Source: a virus. Taken from it: a DNA stretch of 64,000 bases. Every line of letters begins with the position of its first letter. The first letter of the stretch is position 1. The notes below the pieces were generated by a model. That model did not search any database. It was not told the origin of the DNA and worked only from the letters and a program-made list of their open reading frames with translations. The DNA is taken from positions 96,001 through 160,000 of the IMG/VR virus record IMGVR_UViG_3300036770_006434; one strand, 5' to 3'. Shown here piece after piece: positions 63,281 through 64,000 of the stretch. The position numbers and the translations under genes were made by a program.

Positions 63281-63286
63281 ATTGTG

Positions 63287-64000
63287 TTACAGTTCTTGGA
63301 CCAGACCCTCTTCTTCTATAATCTCTTTGGCCATAAGCACAAACTTTTTCTTGGCCGTCAGGATAATCTGATATCCGGGGTAGAGGTTCTTTTTGCCGGT
63401 CTTCTTCTTTTTGAAGCCCATAGCCTTGGCCACTTCCCGCTCGGACAATCCCTTTATGATAAGCAGTTTATACATCTTCCATTCTGCGCGACCCAGCTTA
63501 CCCTTCATCTTTTTGTCTATCACGCTCTTTTTCTCCTCTATATTCACGAAATCGCCCTGCATATTCTGGGCTTCCGCCGCGTGCTTGGGCGTATCCAAGG
63601 ACAGAGTCATTTTGATGGCGTGCAAATCCTTCTTCTTCTCTTCCCAGTTCTTGTATGCCGGGCATTCCGAGCACTGAAAGCCAGAAGGGGTCTTGCTGCA
63701 CTGGTCATTGCCCATGTTGAAAACGCAGCCGCCGTTACCCGTGATGCAGGGGCGGGAAAAACTGCTGAGATTGTCACGCCAGATATTGCGAAGAGCGTAA
63801 GTGATGACCTTATTCACCCACCTGCGGAACTCGACGGGTTTGCCGCCGATCACTTTGAGCGGGTCAAACATGTGATACTTGTTGTTTACGTGGATAACCA
63901 CTTTTTGGCGGATATCCTCCCACTCCAAAGTGGCCAGATCGAAGTTCCTGCGTCTCTTATCTATCCAGTAAACGATTTCTTCGTATCTTTGCTCAAAGGA
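63287..64000 (-). CDS. Phage RNA polymerase sigma factor (ECF-like sigma2+sigma4) with a Cys-rich insertion; 5' end lies beyond the window
   Basis: The frame is open to 64000 (SFEQRYEEIVYWIDKRRRNFDLATL-EWEDIRQKV...). 'EDIRQ...FRRWVNKVITYALRNIWRDN' is region 2; 'YKLLIIKGLSEREVAKAMG' is the region 4 HTH. Confidence 0.8.
   Translation of the reverse strand, partial: SFEQRYEEIVYWIDKRRRNFDLATLEWEDIRQKVVIHVNNKYHMFDPLKVIGGKPVEFRRWVNKVITYALRNIWRDNLSSFSRPCITGNGGCVFNMGNDQCSKTPSGFQCSECPAYKNWEEKKKDLHAIKMTLSLDTPKHAAEAQNMQGDFVNIEEKKSVIDKKMKGKLGRAEWKMYKLLIIKGLSEREVAKAMGFKKKKTGKKNLYPGYQIILTAKKKFVLMAKEIIEEEGLVQEL

Noticed and set aside
1-64000. Stop-codon reassignment, as in some large phages
   Set aside because: Genes translate full length in the standard code, and TAA, TAG and TGA all terminate well-defined genes with tight packing.

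Overview
A 64-kb segment of a large tailed dsDNA phage genome (Caudoviricetes; siphovirus-type, since there is a long tape measure and a lambda-like M-L-K-I-J tail tip but no sheath gene). The standard genetic code is used. Layout: (i) 1-12.95 kb, a leftward block dominated by glycosyltransferases (GT9-, GT2- and GT4-like) and SAM methyltransferases, including two FkbM-type; (ii) about 1 kb of non-coding DNA with divergent sigma70-type promoters, hairpins and a direct repeat; (iii) 14-23.8 kb, rightward accessory and DNA-metabolism genes (YopX, GT4, SSB, a 1043-aa GT4+GT9 fusion, a putative ssDNA-annealing protein); (iv) 23.9-47.8 kb, the neck/tail module; (v) 47.8-64 kb, a convergent leftward head/packaging module (ECF-like sigma factor, putative TerS, ERCC4 nuclease, TerL, portal, protease/scaffold, decoration protein, major capsid). 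Five free-standing homing endonucleases (HEGs) are scattered through the window. A DUF4032-like gene and weak Shine-Dalgarno usage suggest a PVC (Verrucomicrobiota-like) host, which is inference. Main candidates for novelty: a possible virion-glycosylation system (large GT/MT set plus a directional [S/T]-G motif enriched in exposed virion proteins and absent from the major capsid protein); a bipartite late promoter AAA-N14/15-GTGTAAC upstream of most structural genes, matched to a Cys-rich phage sigma factor; and a stand-alone gpJ-core homolog carrying a twin-arginine signal peptide. All family names come from motif recognition by eye. No database or HMM search was run, and counts are hand counts.
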